From the NCBI GenBank assembly GCA_028704635.1, contig JAQWFB010000002.1:128693-192692 (forward strand): a stretch of 64,000 nt of DNA, read 5' to 3'. A program made the translations under genes and the position numbers. This DNA comes from Candidatus Shapirobacteria bacterium. GTDB lineage: Bacteria > Patescibacteriota > Microgenomatia > UBA12405. The notes beneath the pieces are model-generated. The model was not told where the DNA came from and did no database searches. It saw only the letters and a list, made by a program, of their open reading frames with translations. Position 1 is the stretch's first letter; each line of letters starts with the position of its first letter. Shown here in pieces: positions 60,121 through 64,000 of this stretch.

Positions 60121-61869
60121 ATGAGAAAAATTATTAAATTTTGGTTGATTTTAATAAATGTTTTAATTCTAATTACCGCTAATAGTATTGGGAATAAAGT
60201 TCAAGCCAATGAAAAATATGTCACCATCGTCAATCCAATCAGAAGTAGGGAGTTATGGGTCAATAAAACTCTTAAACCAATAGATGATCAATATCAAATA
60301 ATAAATAATCTAAAACTAAAAGCCACTTGGTTAATTCAAGATGATGTCGTTAATGATCAAGATCTTATCAAAGAAATTAAAGAGTTTAATCAAGACCAAG
60401 AATTAGGCTTATTTTTAGAAGTTAGTCCAGGTTTAACTAAAAAAGCTCGAGTTTATTATCCCACCCAAACAGTCTGGTACAGCCCCAAAGCTATTTTTTT
60501 ATCAGCCTACACTCTCAATGATCGAAAAAAAATAATTGATCAAATGGTTACTGATTTTAAAAACACCTTTGGATTTCTACCTAAATCAGCTGGATCTTGG
60601 TGGATCGACAGTTGGTCTCAGCAATATTTAGAAAAAAAATATCACATCACCACCGTTATGATTTGTGCTGACCAAAAAACCACCGACCAATACGGCATTT
60701 GGGGGCAGTGGTGGGGTTATCCCTATCATCCATCGCCAAATAATATTTTAGTACCAGGCAACTCAAAAACAGTAGTTATTCAATGGGCCCAAAGAGACTT
60801 AGAAAAAGCCTATCATGGCAGTGGTCCTTTGGTTTCTAATTATTCACTTCAAGCCAATGATTATACCAGCCAAGGATTAGACTTTAATTATTTTGCCAAT
60901 TTAGCCAACCAATATTTATCAGTTGAAAAATTAGGTCAAATTACGGTCGGTTTAGAAACAGGTATGGAAAGTATTGGCCATGAACAAGAATATGAAAAAC
61001 AGTTAACCTGGATTGCCAATAATCAGATTATTAGTCTAAAAATGAGTGATTTTGGTGATAAATATCGAGAGTTGTATGAAAATAAAAACCCAGAAAAAAT
61101 AATTCTAAGTAGTTGGACATTAACGCCGGAATATCGGGAAAATCAAAATCTAGGTGAAAAAACAATTTATAATTCCAATCTAAGTTTTAGCGATAAATTT
61201 ATGGCCGATAAATCTGATTTTTTAAATCGAGTTTTATCAAATTTAGACAATCGACCAAAAATTAATTATTGGCCGTTCTTTTTATTATTAATTCCAATTT
61301 TGTGGTGGTGGAGTAAAAGTTTGACTCCAATATTATGGATTATTATTCTTTATTTACCTGTTTTTAGGTCATATTATGGATCAGGTTGGAAAATATTTTT
61401 TGGCCCCACTTTCGATAATTTAATTTTAGTACAGTTATCAATATTACTTGTTGGTGGATTTTTAATCACCAAAATTAATCAAAAACTAAAAATTAATTGG
61501 AGTGCTTGGTGGTCGGTTTGGGTTCTAAATTTATTAATTTTTACTGCCAGATATTCAGTTATTAATGGTCAACGTCATCTTGGTTGGCTAGTCGATAATT
61601 TTAGATTTATTGGTATCACTTTTGGTCAGGGTATTAAATTTTTAAATCAAGATTTACCTGGTTATATCGCCGCCACCATGTTGAAGTTTGATCCAGGTTG
61701 GATTTGGAATAATTGGTGGGTTTGGATAATTATTTATCCTATCATCGAAATTGGATTAGTCTTTTTAATTAGCAAACTAATTCCTAAAAAACTTAGATAT
61801 TTTCTGGCTATATTATCAATCTTTTTTATAATTTATATGTTTGGATTAGATCCAATAATAATAAAATGA
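60121..61869 (+). CDS. Membrane protein with an N-terminal polysaccharide-deacetylase-like barrel
   Basis: Signal/TM, ATWL, ELGLFLE, FK..FG..P.S.G.WW.D, C-terminal TMs. Confidence 0.6.
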   Translation: MRKIIKFWLILINVLILITANSIGNKVQANEKYVTIVNPIRSRELWVNKTLKPIDDQYQIINNLKLKATWLIQDDVVNDQDLIKEIKEFNQDQELGLFLEVSPGLTKKARVYYPTQTVWYSPKAIFLSAYTLNDRKKIIDQMVTDFKNTFGFLPKSAGSWWIDSWSQQYLEKKYHITTVMICADQKTTDQYGIWGQWWGYPYHPSPNNILVPGNSKTVVIQWAQRDLEKAYHGSGPLVSNYSLQANDYTSQGLDFNYFANLANQYLSVEKLGQITVGLETGMESIGHEQEYEKQLTWIANNQIISLKMSDFGDKYRELYENKNPEKIILSSWTLTPEYRENQNLGEKTIYNSNLSFSDKFMADKSDFLNRVLSNLDNRPKINYWPFFLLLIPILWWWSKSLTPILWIIILYLPVFRSYYGSGWKIFFGPTFDNLILVQLSILLVGGFLITKINQKLKINWSAWWSVWVLNLLIFTARYSVINGQRHLGWLVDNFRFIGITFGQGIKFLNQDLPGYIAATMLKFDPGWIWNNWWVWIIIYPIIEIGLVFLISKLIPKKLRYFLAILSIFFIIYMFGLDPIIIK

Positions 61870-63347
61870 TAAAAAAATATAATTGGTGGAAAATTATTAT
61901 TTTATTTTTTTGTTTTTTTACTATATTTTTAGTTCAGCGACAAAATTTACTAAAACCAATTTTTGTTGATGAACAAGACAATTTTGTTGTTGCTAAAAAT
62001 TTAATTAATGGTAATAAAATTTATACCAATATTTTTTCACACCACCAACCAGGGACCTATATCTTAAGTGGAATAATTCAAAAAATTACCAACCCGAACA
62101 CAATAGAAATGCTTATTCAATATCATCGACAGTTTATTATATTATGGTCAATTTTATGGATTGTTTTTATTCTTTGCCGCTTTGGTTTTCAGATGTTAGG
62201 GCCGATGATAGCTATAGAATTAGTTAAAAATATATATTTAGGTAGTCTATTTTTGGCTGAATCATTAGTATTTGCTCCAATGATTTATTTAGTTTTAAGT
62301 TTTTTAGAAAATAAATTTTCTAAAAAAGAAGCTTTTTTCTGGGGGTTAATTGCTAGTATTGTTGGAATAACCTTAGCACCAATGTGGCCAGTATTAGCCT
62401 TAATGATTTTAACCTTTTGTTGGAGATATCGAAAAAAAACAAAAAATATTGAATTAATGATTGGAGGAGGAGTTTTGATTTTAATAATAACTTTTTGCTT
62501 CATTAACATTAAAGGTTATTTTGAAAATGCTATATTAATCAATCAAAAATACTACATTCCATTTGCCGGTGGAGATAATTTAATAAGATCAATTATTAAA
62601 TCAATTACCACTCCATTCTTATATTTAAAAGACGGCTTGAATTCACCAGAGTCATTATTAATCAAATTTTTTATTTTAATATTTTTTATTTTAATATTTT
62701 TTTTATTTAAAGAAAAAAAATGGCAAAAAATATTTTGGATTTTACTGTTATTAAGTTTAACCAACTTAAGAAATTTTGAACTTCAAAAAATTTATTACGA
62801 CGGATTTCATATTTTAATTTGGGTAGGGTTGGTTATGACAACTCCATTTTATTGGTTGAAAAAGAAATGGTGGATATTAGGTCTTTTGCCAGTTATTTTT
62901 ATGATTTCTCTCAATAGAGAAACAATATTAAATAAATCTAACACTAGGCAAGATTTTGAGATTTATTATTCAAGGATATTTAATATGAGTGAGGCTATTA
63001 GAACCACTAAAAATAATAACGACAGACTATTAACAATACCAGGAGAGGTTTTAGGATATTGGCAGGCAGAAATCAAACCAGCTGGTAGGTTTATCTTCTT
63101 TTACAAATGGATGGCCGGAGTAGAACAATTAAAGAATGAGGAATTAGAAACTTTTCAAACAAAACCAGAATATTTAATATTTGGAGGTGATGAAGGACTA
63201 AGCTTAACTGAAATATTAAAAAATTATAAAAATTTCAGTTACAGAGGAAGTGAAAGTAGCGAATTTTTTATCAGAAATGATATTTATAAAAACTTTTCCA
63301 AGGAAAAGATTGATAAATTAAAATACTACGGGCTAGAAGTAATATAA
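61866..63347 (+). CDS. GT-C-type polytopic glycosyltransferase-like protein
   Basis: FVDEQDN acidic motif after TM1, Y..IFSHHQP, many TMs. Confidence 0.65.
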   Translation: MIKKYNWWKIIILFFCFFTIFLVQRQNLLKPIFVDEQDNFVVAKNLINGNKIYTNIFSHHQPGTYILSGIIQKITNPNTIEMLIQYHRQFIILWSILWIVFILCRFGFQMLGPMIAIELVKNIYLGSLFLAESLVFAPMIYLVLSFLENKFSKKEAFFWGLIASIVGITLAPMWPVLALMILTFCWRYRKKTKNIELMIGGGVLILIITFCFINIKGYFENAILINQKYYIPFAGGDNLIRSIIKSITTPFLYLKDGLNSPESLLIKFFILIFFILIFFLFKEKKWQKIFWILLLLSLTNLRNFELQKIYYDGFHILIWVGLVMTTPFYWLKKKWWILGLLPVIFMISLNRETILNKSNTRQDFEIYYSRIFNMSEAIRTTKNNNDRLLTIPGEVLGYWQAEIKPAGRFIFFYKWMAGVEQLKNEELETFQTKPEYLIFGGDEGLSLTEILKNYKNFSYRGSESSEFFIRNDIYKNFSKEKIDKLKYYGLEVI

Positions 63348-63362
63348 ATATTTTTATTTTTT

Positions 63363-64000
63363 TTAAAAAAATATTAATATCATTGGCGCTATTGTAAGTA
63401 AATAAACCCAAAATAATGGACTTAAAAAAGGTTCTTTTATTTTAGATAAAAACCACCAACCCAACTTTTCTGGATTTTTTAGCAAGTCAGTTTTGTTTAA
63501 AAAATAAACTGAAATAAATTGATTTTCTTTTTGGCTTATCACCACTTCGTCCAGAGAATTTTCCGGCTCTATTTTATATTCAATATAATATTTTTTATCT
63601 TTAGAATCAGACTGAACGGGAAATCCAAATGGATAAAAGTTATTTTCCACCATCGTATTAGTATCGAACCTACTTTCAGAAATTATCTTTCCATTAGAAT
63701 CAAATATTTTAATTAATAAAATCGAATTTTCCCTATCCTCATTTTTTATACTCTTAATATTCGTACTAATCATTCCTAAATTATTTTCTTTTGCCACCAA
63801 GTCTCTCATTAAATTATTTTTACTAGTCACCATTATTTCGTTTTTATTTTTTATTAAAGACAAAGGAGTTTTTGTTTGATGAGGATAAGTATAAGTTAAT
63901 AAAGAAAATGGTGTTTTAAAAGCCAAAATTAATATTAATAACATTGCTAAACTAAAACCAAAAAATGTCCATTTAAACTTATTTTTAATAATTTTTACAC
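63363..64000 (-). CDS. Membrane protein (5' end beyond the window)
   Basis: The frame of ORF 63363-63944 stays open to the window end. TMs at both ends. Confidence 0.6.
   Translation of the reverse strand, partial: VKIIKNKFKWTFFGFSLAMLLILILAFKTPFSLLTYTYPHQTKTPLSLIKNKNEIMVTSKNNLMRDLVAKENNLGMISTNIKSIKNEDRENSILLIKIFDSNGKIISESRFDTNTMVENNFYPFGFPVQSDSKDKKYYIEYKIEPENSLDEVVISQKENQFISVYFLNKTDLLKNPEKLGWWFLSKIKEPFLSPLFWVYLLTIAPMILIFF

Overview
AT-rich bacterial chromosomal segment. By inference it is Patescibacteria/CPR, Microgenomates-like, based on the gene content, a short S1, a VirB2-like pilin array and a monoderm-type T4SS core. It holds the rpmH-dnaA-oriC-dnaN region with jag/yidC/yidD/rnpA, plus rho, radA, rpsA, ftsH, trxB and mutM. 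The tRNA-Ala-23S-5S rRNA unit is unlinked: it has its own promoter, there is no 16S in the window, and tRNA-Ile is separated from it by two protein genes. Other modules are a four-gene ATP-grasp/aspartic-protease/7TM peptide-ligase cluster, six tandem pilins with a permuted SpoIID and a VirB6-like gene, a PrgI-VirB4-CHAP T4SS block, a putative cobalamin uptake pair, an Rrf2-IscS fusion operon with an IscR-type operator, and a frameshifted GGDEF gene. The most striking unannotated layer is several families of very short dispersed repeats: about 28 CCCT..AAGGGAG palindromes, 7 GTAG-type REPs, 7 loci of 9-bp ACTTGATRA tandem units, and two families of covarying long hairpins. Many are inserted in-frame in proteins and almost all share one strand orientation. 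Neither that orientation nor the visible C>G skew switches at the dnaA-dnaN origin. Many genes look leaderless, with a -10 box about 5-8 nt before the ATG. All counts and skew statements were read by eye and need computational confirmation.
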